This document shows positions 52,885 to 64,000 of a stretch of DNA of 64,000 bases, piece by piece. The notes beneath the pieces were generated by a model. The model saw nothing but the letters and a program-made list of their open reading frames with translations, ran no database searches and was not told where the DNA came from. This DNA is from Monocercomonoides exilis PA203 (Eukaryota; Protista; Preaxostyla), in the NCBI GenBank assembly GCA_001643675.2, contig LSRY02000023.1:372001-436000 (forward strand), in the 5' to 3' direction. Positions within the stretch are counted from its first letter, which is position 1, and each line of letters opens with the position of its first letter. Both the position numbers and the translations under genes were made by a program.

Positions 52885-55800
52885 ATGGGTGGAGTACCAT
52901 CTAACACTATTAATTCACATATCACAACTATTTATCAAAAAGATATAGAATGTTAGCATTTAAAACATATTTATTTTAATTTTCTTACACTTTTTTCATT
53001 ATCAATTCTTTAAAGCGAATGATAAAGAGTTCTGGGATAATTTCATTGGAATGTTCGAACAAGAACAAACTGTCTCTAGCGTGTCTCATGCAATGATTAG
53101 ACTTCTGGCTTCATCAAAGCCTCACAATCTTGAAGAAATTCTAAAACAAATTACAAACAGACTTTACGAATTCAGTCAAAGTCCGAACCCAGAAAGAGCA
53201 CAACTCGTTACAAACCTTCTGAACTTTCTTTCAAAGATAATAACTGTTGTTATGGAGTCATCCTTTAAGTCATTTTTCCACAATTTTTTCTGGGTTTCGG
53301 AATCACCGAACAAACAACCTTTTGGAAAGGAACTACTTCATTTAATAATGCGACTCGCTTTTATACCTGGATTTACTTCGTCTATTTGTGCTCCGGAGAA
53401 TTTTATTTTCCCAAGTGGACTTATAACCTCCCTCAGGACTGATCTTGTTTGGTATGTCAAATATTTTTCTTGAAATCTGATAAAATTTTGCAATTTTATG
53501 AACTATTGTATCGTTTTCAGGGAAAAGGGAATTGGAAGGACCATTGAAAGTCCAATTCTAATTCAGTTTGATCAAGCTCGATTGGCAGTTGTGAATGTTC
53601 TTTTGGCAATGAACTCTGGGGCTCTCTATGGGAAATCTCTTATTAATAATTCAGATTTTCCAAAAGAAATAGGAAAAAATAAAGAATATTCATCTTTGAA
53701 AGAGAAAGAAGTTCCTTCGAAAAAAGAAGCAGAAAAAGAAAATGAAAAAGAAGAATGCAAAGAAGAAGAAAAGGAAAAAGAGGAAAAGGAAGCAAAGCCC
53801 AATGAAGAAGAAAACGAAGAAAAAGATCCAAAAGAAGACGAAGTGAAGAAGAAAGGAGCATCAGCAACAACAAAAGCAGAAGCAGAAGCAGATGAAGTTA
53901 AGAACGGTAACAATGAAGCAGAAGAAGCTGAAGCCGAAGCGGAAGCGGAAGAAATCCACAACGAAGATGTGAAACATTGGATCGGCTTTATGCTCTCCAA
54001 TGACTTACCAAATAAAGCCGAGCTTGTTGTTTCTCTTACAAACATCGTGTTCTCCTTCACCACCACTCCTCAAAAGCCTTTTTCCCTGCCTGTTTATTCG
54101 CAGAGGGCAGCGCTGACAGTTGGCTGTGAGACTCTTTTGCTGGCTTTGATTGAGCACCCACCGGTGGCTGTGCTGCTGGAGCAGGCAGGAGGAAGGAAGA
54201 GGAGGGGGAAGAAGAGAGAGACGGTGGAAGGGATAAAGAGGAAGTCGGTTGAATGTTTGAAAGAAATTGAATCAAAAGAAGAAATGAAGGAAGAAGAACA
54301 AAAAGAAGAAAAAGAAGAAAAGAAATCGGAAGAGACCAAATTCAATATTGACATTAGCTCTGAAAATTACCATTCTGAAGATGCAGGCCATCCATCATTG
54401 GTAGACATGGACTCATTAGAGGCAGCATCACAGGCACACTCACAAGCACTGAGAGAGAAGACGAAGAAGCAATTTCAACAACAAAAGCAGCAGCAGCAAA
54501 ATCAGCATTCGCATAAGTCTTCCTTGTCACTTGAAGAAGACGTTAGTAGATTGATGTCGCCACTTCCAGTGCCATTAGAGCAGCATTCACAAAAAGAAGA
54601 AGGAAAAGTAAAAGAAGGAGAAGGAGAAGGAGAAACGCAGCCAAATACTCAAAAATCACAGGATGTTTCATCTTTTGCTTCTGCATCTGTTTCTTCTTCT
54701 TCTTCTTCGTTGGTAGATGAGCAGAGCAAAGTGAAAGAAGCAAATAAGGAAGCGAAGCATACACCGCAGCACTATTCGACTCTGAGACAAGCAGAAAGCA
54801 GCAAAGAAGACGATTCAGATTCCTCTTCCTCTCGTTCATCTACTCCTTCATCATCATCATCTTCTTCTTCTTCTTCCTCCTCCTCCTCCTCCTCATCCTC
54901 CCCCGCTTCTTTAGATTCCCTTTACTCTTCCTCCCCGCAGTTCTTCCGCGACTTCTTCCAGCAGATGACGAACCCAGGCCATGTTCTCTTCCTCGGCTTC
55001 AGCTTCTCCCACGCACTGCTCTCCCTCGTCGCCTATCTCACTCCAAAATCTCCTTCCACTGCCCCTCTCCTTGGCTCCGACAGCAGCAGCTTCGGCGGTG
55101 GCTACCGCCCTTCGTTTGTCGACGCCTCTGCCTCCAGCTTCTCTGCTGCCACGTCTGCTGCCTTCGCTTCGATGTCTCCTTATCTCGTTCAGCCCCCCAT
55201 CCCCTCCACGCTCCCTCTTCTCCTCTTCCACCACATCCTCTCCGGCTGCCCGCAGCTCCTTCTCTTCTTCTCTTCTGATCCCCATCTCCTCCTCGGCGCT
55301 GTGAGTGCCCTGCTTGCTGTTCTCACCTATCTGACTTCTGAGCTGCCCCAGTTCGCCTACGCCCCTTCCTCCGACTCGACTTCTGCGCAGGCGGCGCTCG
55401 TGTTCCGCAGCTGCGCCCTCCAAAGCTGCCTCTCCTTTTTCGTGTTCCTGTCCACACAGCGTGCACTTGTCGTTGCAATGAACCGGCCATTCAAAGAAGG
55501 AACGCCGCGGACAGAGCGGAGTGAGTGGAGTTTCATTGACACAGCTGTTCTGTTGCTTGTGCGTGTCTGTCAGCAAACGGGGGCAGCAGACGCAGCGTTG
55601 ACACAGACGGCTCTTTCTGTCTTGAACAACATTGCGCCTTATGCGAAATCTCTCAGCCGCTCCTCTGCACAGGCGCTGGTGGGCTTGTTTGTGCAGTTCT
55701 CGGATCTTCCTTTGCTGGTGCAGTATCCCATCAGATTCAGCTATCTGCAGGCGATTCTGGAGGCGGTGAACACGATGCTGCAGTATCAGTGCGACGGGAA

Positions 55801-56963
55801 TGGATATCTTGTGTTCTTTATTGTGATGAACGCTGCCTCGTTTGAGGCGTTTTTGGCGCCGCTGCAGATTATGATGGTGCCTCAGAATGTGCAGCCTGTT
55901 GCAGCTGCGGGTGTGAATACAAATGTGAATGGAAATGCAAATGCGAATGCAAATACAAATGAGAAGGCGAAGGAGAATGCGAATTCTCTTCCACCTGCTG
56001 TGAAGATTGGAGAAGAAACAGCAGGGAAAAGTGAGGAGAGTGGGACAAAATCAGCTGTTGATACTGCTAATGATGCTGAGAAACAAAACACAGACAGAAA
56101 AGAGCAGAAGGAAGAAAAGAAAGAATCGAATTCTTCTTCTTCGCAAGAAACAAGCAATTCTGATAAAGAAAGCCCAAAACCAGAGCCACTTCAATCGGTT
56201 TCTACTGAAAATGGTGATGAACAAGTATCAAAATTGAGTGAAAACGAAAAAGATGAAACAAAAGAAACGGAAAATGAATCGCCTTTGCCATCTTCTTCTT
56301 CCTCTTCCTCTTCCTCTTCCTCTTCCTCTTCAACAACTTCTTCAGCACTTCAGCCAGAGAATGCACAATCTATTTCTTCTTCAACTGCTTCTGCTTCTGT
56401 TACAACTTCATCTGCATCCACATCATCTCAATCTGTATCTCAACTTCAACCTCAACCTCAGCCTCTCCTTCAGCCACTGTCTCAATCTCAATTTCAACCA
56501 CAACATCTTCCTTCTCTTTCCTCTCCCACTCCTCTCCCTCCTCTTCCCCCCGAGCTCCAGCATATCATCTCCCTCCGTGCCTCTCTTCCTCTTATCCCAG
56601 TCATTGCCACCATTCGCTATCTGCGCCCTCTCCTCTCCCGCGCAATGGCTGAGTCGTCAGTCAGAAACCAGGGCATCGCGAAGATGTGGGAGTCGACGAA
56701 GCAGACGGCGTGGATGGCGTTTGGCGGGAGAGATCTGCACACAAAAGAAGAGAGAGACGCACTGGAAGTGATAAGAACACAGACACTCGTGGGGATTCTG
56801 CCTGTGCCGCACCCGATTGCGGTGAGGCGGTTTCCGGGGGGAAAGGAATTCAGGTCGTGGAATACGACGATTGTTTGGGTTTGTGGTTGTTAGATTTTTT
56901 AATAATTTTAAATTATTATTATTGTTTTATTTGATTGGTTTATAATTAATCATTTGGAAAAAA

Positions 56964-56995
<32 letters not shown>

Positions 56996-57172
56996 GTTTC
57001 CTTATTTCAATATGCAATATATTAATATTAATATGTCTAACATATTTGTAATTTTCATCCTTCATCTATTCAATTCAATACCCAGCGAACTATCATTCAT
57101 CAATATCCCTCATTTTGGGATCCAAATTCTGTAACGCTGTTTCCAGTGCTACCGCAAATTCCGTTCTATTAA
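52885..57172 (+). CDS. HID1: HID1/Ecm30-like Golgi protein (dymeclin/HID1 family), multi-exon, with low-complexity inserts
   Basis: MG start; DKEFWDNF; KPHNL; LAFIPGFT; LVWEKGIG; LNNIAPYAKSLS; LQYQCDGNGYLV; LVGILPVPHPIAVRRF; last exon FWDPNSVTLF...PFY-TAA. Confidence 0.85.
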
Positions 57173-57803
57173 TAGCAATTATTAATTCCTTTTAAGTTGT
57201 TTTTTAGTTTTTTTTATAAAAAAAATTTTTTTTTAAATATGTTTTATTATTTGTTTCATTTATATGATATTTTGTGGTTTCTTTTTATACATTAGGCTTT
57301 TTTTGTTTATAAAAAAAAAAAATATCAACTTTTTTCAGAGTGGATTGTGTAAATAAAATTTAGAGACAGATTTTTTTTTGACAATGTCAGATTGTTCTGA
57401 ATAATAATTATTTTGTTTTCAAAATGTCAATTGAAAATAGTGAATAATAAACACATTTATTTTAATAAAGATTGTATTTTTTTTTTTTTTATTCAGTAAT
57501 AAACGTTTGAAAGAAGAAATGTGAAAATTTTCACTTTATAAAAATGACTGACTTTATTCATATAAAATTTATAATGTTTTTTAATAGGCTGTTTATTTGA
57601 ATAAGCACATTTCGTTCAAATATGAAGGTCTCATTCAGATTTTTTCAGTTGCTTATATTAAAAATTTAAATATTTTCTATAAAACATGTTCTCTTTTTAT
57701 TGCAAAATAGCTTTTTCTTGAGATAAAAGTCGATATTTTGGAATTGTTATTCATTCATTGTTTTGTTTCATTTTCAGGTTATATTTGTTCTCATTTTTTA
57801 AAT

Positions 57804-58008
57804 GACTAATCCTTTTTGAAATCATGTTTTTGTTCGAGTTTTGATGAAAATTTTTATCTCAATGGGATTATTTATAAAAAAACTTCTACATAAAAAACAC
57901 TCAGCATGTGATGATGTTTCAAAGTTATACACATTTTTTCTTTATCCCATCGAGTTAAAAATTCTGATCAAAACTCAAACGAAAGCATGATTTAAAAAAT
58001 GATTAGCC
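57804..58008. mobile_element. 205-bp MITE (family A), intact copy
   Basis: ~65-bp imperfect TIRs (GACTAATCCTTTTTGAAATCATG..CAATGGGAT / ATCCCATCG..CATGATTTAAAAAATGATTAGCC). Flanks AAAT / ATAT. Homologous to 6262-6436 plus 8117-8146. Confidence 0.82.
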
Positions 58009-58127
58009 ATATTTTTTCGGTTCTTAATCTTAACATTTCACATGAAGTCAAACGGAAAAAAAAAATAGTGTCAATTCTTTAAATTGATTTCATTCTTAAA
58101 GAATTCAATGAATTGAAAAAGAAATAT

Positions 58128-58392
58128 GGCGCAAAATATTTTGTTTCAGGCTTCTTCATCGAAAAATTATGAACTTTTCATTTTCTTTTTAAAATCAAAA
58201 AACACTATAAAATGGGTCCAATTTTTGACATTCGTGAAATGTTGGAAAACTTTGTGCGATAACATCAATGATTGCTGTTCACAGATATGAAAATCAAATT
58301 TATTTTGAAATCTGTTAAAGTATATTGAAGTTATTGGAGAAATAATTTTTCAAAATTTCATTTTTCGAAATCTTGAAAGACTGAATATTTCC
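58128..58392 (+). mobile_element. ~265-bp MITE-like repeat (family C)
   Basis: Homologous to 8177-8443 (reverse complement) and to 58680-58948. Flanks ATAT / ATGT. Confidence 0.7.
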
Positions 58393-58679
58393 ATGTCAGT
58401 TCAAGTTTTCTTAACATTCGTTAATGAAAAAAATACTTTTCAATAAGTGTGTGATTTCTTTTGAAGTCAAATTTTATTTTAGTCATGTTTGATTTTCTTG
58501 TTCACAGATATTTACGGAAATATTTTTAGTAAGTGCCACACGCTTTCCATTAATTGACTTTCAAAGGCATGTTGTTTCAGAAAGATTAAGAAGTGCACTT
58601 GTGTTTTTAACCGAAACATCTGATTAATTTAAAAGTATTTTCGACGACTTTTTCATTCGAAATTTTTGATAGAAAAAAT

Positions 58680-58948
58680 GGGACAAAATATTTGTCTTCA
58701 GGCACTTTCATTGAAATATTATGCCCTTATGATACACTGTTTGTGTTCAAAAAATTCAATAAAAATGGGTTCATTTTATGACATTCATGGAATGTCACAA
58801 AACTTTTTGTGATAACGTCTATTATAGCTATTTGCAGATATGAAAAACCATTTTATTTTGAAATCTGAGAATGATTGACAAATTTATGAGTGAATCAATT
58901 TTTTCATTCTTTGTGCATAAAAAGCTTGAAAGTCTATATTTTTACCCC
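58680..58948 (+). mobile_element. ~270-bp MITE-like repeat (family C)
   Basis: Short TIRs GGGACAAAATAT / ATATTTTTACCCC. AAAT on both flanks. Confidence 0.75.
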
Positions 58949-59380
58949 AAATATAAAATCAAAAAAAATTATTCAAACTTTCTATCTTTTCTTTTCTTTT
59001 TCTTTAAATTGCTTTTGTTTGATTTTAGAATTTAAAAATGTTCTTTTTTAAAGATGAAATTCAAATTTCGTTAAATGAAATTTATGTTAAACATAAATAT
59101 TTCATAGGCAACACAATAATAATCAAATCAATAAATTCACTTGAATGAGAAATGAAATTTCTTAGAATTATTTATATTTCATTCAAAAGAAATAAATGTT
59201 TATAAGAAAGATATTCAACAAAAGTTCATTGATTTGCATTTACTTGACAAAGCTTCGTTCATAAGAAAAATTTTACTGCAAAATGTTTTTATGTCTTAAT
59301 CAGAAAAATTGCATAGGAAATCAACCTTTTCGAATAATGTGTTTAAAAAATGTATGATTATTTTTGAAATCATATATTTT

Positions 59381-60762
59381 GGTATAAGGGTATTATATGG
59401 GAGTTTTCAAAAGAGTGTTAAACTTCATTTAAACATCTTTTTAACAATTATTATGACAAAAAATATGCAAGACATTTGTCGGAAACTCGTTTTCAGATAT
59501 TACAGTAATTGTTGAAAAAAGGTCGGTTTCACATAATTTTGGGTAATCAAATTTTAATTATTTTAAATGGCTGAACACATTTTTGATATCACCAAAACGA
59601 ATGAGCTTGACGATCTATTCCACGATGAAGATGCAACATGGAGGTGGTTTTTCATGAACATTTAGGGTGGGAGAATAATGCAATGTCATAAGTGCAGAAG
59701 ATATATGAAAGTTCAAAAGGGGGAGAAGTTCAATAAATATTGGTACTGTTCCAAATGTGGAAAAAAAAATCAGTTTTCGATGGAACAGTCTTTTCACAAA
59801 ATAAAATTGGATTGGGGAAAACAATGAGGATTCTTTTGTGGTATTGGGAGGGAATTTCAATAAAGCATATTTCTAGATTTATAGGAATTGACAGAAAGAC
59901 AATTGGATTTTGGGGGAGTGTGGTAAGAGTTGTGTGCATGAATGTGTGGAATGAGAGCCAAGTCCAAATAGGAGGGGAAGGAAAGACAGCAGAGATTGAT
60001 GAGGCTGTCTGGAGAAGGAGAAAATTCAAGAGAGGAAGGAGAAAAGAACAGATTTGGATTTTTGGTGGGGTAGAGAGATTGGAAGGTGGAGGAGCTGGTC
60101 CAAGATTCGTGATGATTGTGCCCAATCGTCGTAAAGAGACTTTGCTGCTAATCACACTGGAAAGAATACGCCCGGGAACAACAATCATGTCTGATGAGTG
60201 GAAGGCCTATTCCACTTCGAATCTTCACAATTACATACACAAAACTATCTGCCACAAACGATATTTTGTGGATCATGAAAGTGGAGCCTGCACCAATTCA
60301 ATTGAGGGATTGTGGGGCACTCTCAGAAAGTCTTTTTCCCCCTATGGAGTAAGGAAATCACTGATTCCTGATCATTTTAGCCATGCAAATGGTGAAATCA
60401 TCGAAGGATAATGGATTTTCCGATATTTTGATGCACATATCAAATTTTAAACGTGTGGAACACCATGCGCCTGAACCAGAACCTGACACAGAAGACAAAG
60501 ATACTGACATTCCTTGCATTGATGATATTTTTCATGAAGAATCGACTGACGAAGAATCGTCAGGATTAGCTTCAGAGGAAGAAAAAACCTCTGACTATGA
60601 ACCTTAATTTTTTGCAAATTTCTTTTTTTTATTCTTTTTATTTTTTTTCGAAAAAATATTTCCGACGCTCAACAATGCACAACACTATCATAAATAATAT
60701 CATTGATTCATAAAAAAGTTGTTGAACCGAAAATGAAAACTCCCATATCATACCCAGATACC
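59381..60762 (+). mobile_element. Merlin/IS1595-type DNA transposon 2 (1382 bp)
   Basis: 29-bp TIRs GGTATAAGGGTATTATATGGGAGTTTTCA / reverse complement GGTATCTGGGTATGATATGGGAGTTTTCA. Perfect 8-bp TSD TATATTTT (59373-59380, 60763-60770). Confidence 0.93.
59567..60607 (+). pseudogene. ISXO2/IS1595-like (Merlin) transposase, disrupted
   Basis: MAEHIFD..., CHKC...CSKC Zn ribbon, IGGEGKTAEIDEA, RKFKRGR..QIWIFGGVER, IMSDEWKAY, TNSIEGLW. TAG at 59663; frameshifts at A9 (59761-59769) and near 60380. Confidence 0.92.
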
Positions 60763-61662
60763 TATATTTTTTCGGGATGTTGATTTTTCAAAGATCGTTA
60801 GTTTTTTGAAAGAAATTTTGAATTCAAAAGAGAAAAAGCATGTTAATTGTTTTTTGAAACAAATGATTTTTCCGAATCAAAGATTAAAATGCATACAATA
60901 AGCCTTTTCACTTTTCAACGTTCATATGAAAATATTCAAGATAAATTTTTGAACTGAAAATTATGTATGAAAAAATATGATTTCTAAAATTATCACACAA
61001 ATTCATAGAAATTATTTGACATCAAAAAAGAATCACCTGTGTTATTAACAATTATATAATAATTAAAAAGCAAAGGTGTGCATTGTCCAAATATATTCTT
61101 TCTATCTCTTTCTTTCTTTTAATTAAAATTAATATTTTTGTTAATTTTTTCATATGTTCATTATTTTCGTTTTAATAATAAAACAGCAATTCATTGAAGT
61201 TCAAAATTTTGAATATAATTCAAAGCATATTATTTTTAAACAAAATTTCTTTTTGTTTTTGCATCTTCTGCGTAAATATAACTTTTTTATTGAATCTTTA
61301 ACAGTACAATATATCAAAATTAATAAATAATTTCATTTATTAATTTGAAAACGAGTAATAATCACTTGGAAAAATAACCAAATACTTTATATTATTTATT
61401 TTTTCATTGAAAAAGTATGATGTTTAGAAAATATTAACTAAAAAAGTTTTCATTGACCCGCAATTTGTACATTTCCAGACTTTTTTCATAAACTTATGGG
61501 ATATTCTCCATTGATATCAATATTGTGTAAACGTGTGAAAATGCATTAAAACACAGAAAAACGTTAAAATTTCGTTCATATTAAGGGAATTTATTACAGT
61601 CATTGGGTGTCTTTGATCTAGACTTTATTAAACAAGCAAACAAGTTTCGAATAAGTCATTTG

Positions 61663-64000
61663 ATGACTGATTCTCCAACACCAAAAATTGTACATTGGCA
61701 TGCATTATCCTTATCAGACGTGAGTAGTCAGCTAACCACTGACATTTTAAACGGTTTATCTGACGAAGAAGCAAACATTCGTTTGCAACGTGATGGACGC
61801 AACGCTCTTCCAGCAGCAAAGCGACTGCATCCTTTTCTCAGATTTTTGTTACAATTCCACAATGTTTTAATTTACCTTTTGATCGCCATCATGATTTTTT
61901 GTTTTGCCCTCCAACAATGGGTAGAAGGAATTGTCATTTTTCTCGTGGTTATGATCAATGCAATTATAGGTTATATTCAAGAGAGTAAGTCCGAAAAAGA
62001 TTGCGAGGCACTTGCTTCAATGCTTTCACTACATGCGAACGTGGCCAGATCTGGTTTTACAAAAGAAATAGATTCAACGGAATTAGTGGTAGGAGATGTT
62101 GTTTTTCTTCAAGGAGGAGATAAAATACCAGCTGATTGTCGATTATTTGAAGTTAAAAATTTCCAAACTCAAGAATCTGCACTTACAGGAGAAACAACTT
62201 CAAATCCAAAAACGATCGATCCTCTAGCAGAGGATACAGTACTTGGAGAAAGGTCCAATATGGTATTTTCTGGAACTCATGCATCACAGGGAACTGCAAA
62301 GGCAGTTGTTGTCGCAACAGGAATTCATACAGAAATTGGAAAAATTAATACAATGGTTCAAAACGTTGATGAGAAAACAACGCCTCTTACTGCTCAAATT
62401 AATAAATTTGGTAATATGATGGTTATCATAACAGTTGTTTTAATTGTAATTACATTTTGCGTTCAATTTTTCATGAATATGGACAATACAACATGGCAAG
62501 ATTCAATCATTTATGCTGCCAGTCTTGGAGTTGCTGCAGTTCCAGAAGGAATGCCAGCTATTATCGCTTTGACACTAGCTATTGGTATGCAACGAATGGC
62601 AAAAAAGAAAGCGTTGATCAGATCTATGCCTGCAGTTGAAACGCTAGGAGCTGTATCTGTTATTTGCTCAGATAAAACTGGTACATTGACTACAAATCAA
62701 ATGACAGCTCGTGCTGTTTTGACATCAACAAGGAAATACAGAGTATCAGGAACAGGATATGATCCGTGTGATGGAAGTATTTCAAACTTAGGTGAAGAAG
62801 AAGAATTTTCATTGGAAGAGAAAAGTGCTCGAAAACACAGAAAGAAGAATAAGGGCGAATCTTCTTCTTCTTCATCTTCATCTTCATCTTCATCTTCCTC
62901 TTCTCAAACTTCTGCATCCCCACACAAACGATCTTCTTCATCAACACCTAAAGTTGCAGCGTTTACAGATAAGCAAAAGAAACATTCTGAAAGACTTCAA
63001 AGCGGAAGACCTCAACGACCTTTATTGAAAAAAGCAGTCCCCAAAACTCAAAGCAATCTTACCAATAAATTGTCAACAGCAAACGTTGTTCAAAGAAAGC
63101 TTGGAAGTGGAACACCCAGACCTGTATCGTCGTTATCGGGACACATCCAACATCCAATGACTCCATTGCCCGGATCAAGTCCAATCAAAGGACTTGGCGG
63201 ATTGTCAAATGTTGGAGGACCTCAAAGCACACAACCTGTTCCTATCATTCGTATTTCAACTCCCAGAGTGGCCACGCCTAGAGTACAAGCACCAGGTCGT
63301 CCATCATCTTCTCTGGCAACAGCTTCAACAAGTACTGCTCAACCACAAGCTCCACAATTACATCCTTCAACATCGTCATTGGCAGGTGTTAGTGAAGAAC
63401 CAAATCCAACTCCGTCATCCGTATTATCTGATATGACTCAACCAACTGCAACTCATATGTCATCTGCTCTTCCTGTTGTTGCTAAAGGACCAGGTGGAAT
63501 TGGAGTGTTTCAAGCAGATTCCTTCTTTTTCTATGACAATCCTCGCCTTGTTAGAGGTCTTATTCGTTGTGGAATTTTGTGCAATGATTCTGCTCTGATG
63601 AAAGACGAAAACGATAGTTGGACAATTCAAGGAGATACTACTGAAGGAGCATTATATCCATTGGCTATCAAATGCGGAGTGGATGTCGCAGAAATTGTGC
63701 TCACATGTCCACGTGTGGATGTTATTCCGTTTGAATCTGACTATGGATTTATGGCAGCCGTTCATAGATGTCCAATTGACCCATCAGATATCAATACGCC
63801 AACATCTGCAGCAAATTACTTTGACTTGCCTTATGAGCCAACAGGAGAAGCGGCATCAGGAATGAATAATCCTTCAACAATCCAATGCAGCGATATTTTG
63901 TTCTTGAAAGGTGCACCAGAGAAAGTGTTCACTTTGTGCGCGACGCAGACAACAGTTGATGCATCAGGACGCGTTATCACCGAGCCATTTGATATTGATT
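61663..64000 (+). CDS. Type II P-type cation-transporting ATPase, 3'-truncated by the window edge
   Basis: [30 protein letters not shown]; [14 protein letters not shown]; LVVGDVV....GDKIPAD; ESALTGET; AAVPEGMP; [14 protein letters not shown]; GDTTEGAL; PFES; LKGAPE. No intron seen. Confidence 0.96.
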   Translation, partial: MTDSPTPKIVHWHALSLSDVSSQLTTDILNGLSDEEANIRLQRDGRNALPAAKRLHPFLRFLLQFHNVLIYLLIAIMIFCFALQQWVEGIVIFLVVMINAIIGYIQESKSEKDCEALASMLSLHANVARSGFTKEIDSTELVVGDVVFLQGGDKIPADCRLFEVKNFQTQESALTGETTSNPKTIDPLAEDTVLGERSNMVFSGTHASQGTAKAVVVATGIHTEIGKINTMVQNVDEKTTPLTAQINKFGNMMVIITVVLIVITFCVQFFMNMDNTTWQDSIIYAASLGVAAVPEGMPAIIALTLAIGMQRMAKKKALIRSMPAVETLGAVSVICSDKTGTLTTNQMTARAVLTSTRKYRVSGTGYDPCDGSISNLGEEEEFSLEEKSARKHRKKNKGESSSSSSSSSSSSSSSQTSASPHKRSSSSTPKVAAFTDKQKKHSERLQSGRPQRPLLKKAVPKTQSNLTNKLSTANVVQRKLGSGTPRPVSSLSGHIQHPMTPLPGSSPIKGLGGLSNVGGPQSTQPVPIIRISTPRVATPRVQAPGRPSSSLATASTSTAQPQAPQLHPSTSSLAGVSEEPNPTPSSVLSDMTQPTATHMSSALPVVAKGPGGIGVFQADSFFFYDNPRLVRGLIRCGILCNDSALMKDENDSWTIQGDTTEGALYPLAIKCGVDVAEIVLTCPRVDVIPFESDYGFMAAVHRCPIDPSDINTPTSAANYFDLPYEPTGEAASGMNNPSTIQCSDILFLKGAPEKVFTLCATQTTVDASGRVITEPFDID

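Overview
AT-rich eukaryotic genomic DNA in the standard code, with short GT-AG introns. The gene content and the hyper-expanded 'CVPCLLKVALKKEE..ET.KEVEMA.LAL' family point to an oxymonad such as Monocercomonoides (inference from recognition, not a search). Housekeeping genes: a large coiled-coil protein (runs off the left edge), a divergent Rab, YIPF6-like, Atg18/WIPI-like, cathepsin B-like, VPS20, RPL10A, a tail-anchored type II thioesterase, URM1, a TRAPPC13-like protein with an RRM-like insertion, HID1-like, and a P-type ATPase (runs off the right edge). Accessory structure: (1) two ~3,000-aa intronless receptor-like pseudokinase paralogues form a ~10-kb inverted duplication, with patchwork identity and strong strand-composition domains; (2) a Merlin/IS1595-type transposon (29359-33664) contains a 2.9-kb hAT-like non-autonomous element (17-bp TIRs, perfect 8-bp TSD ATTTAGCA) whose cargo is a near-complete copy of the host's expanded gene family; (3) a second Merlin element has a perfect 8-bp TSD; (4) a pogo-type element is nested in a MITE; (5) three MITE families share G-rich termini and 4-bp AWWT target duplications. 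No RNA genes or CRISPR arrays were recognised.
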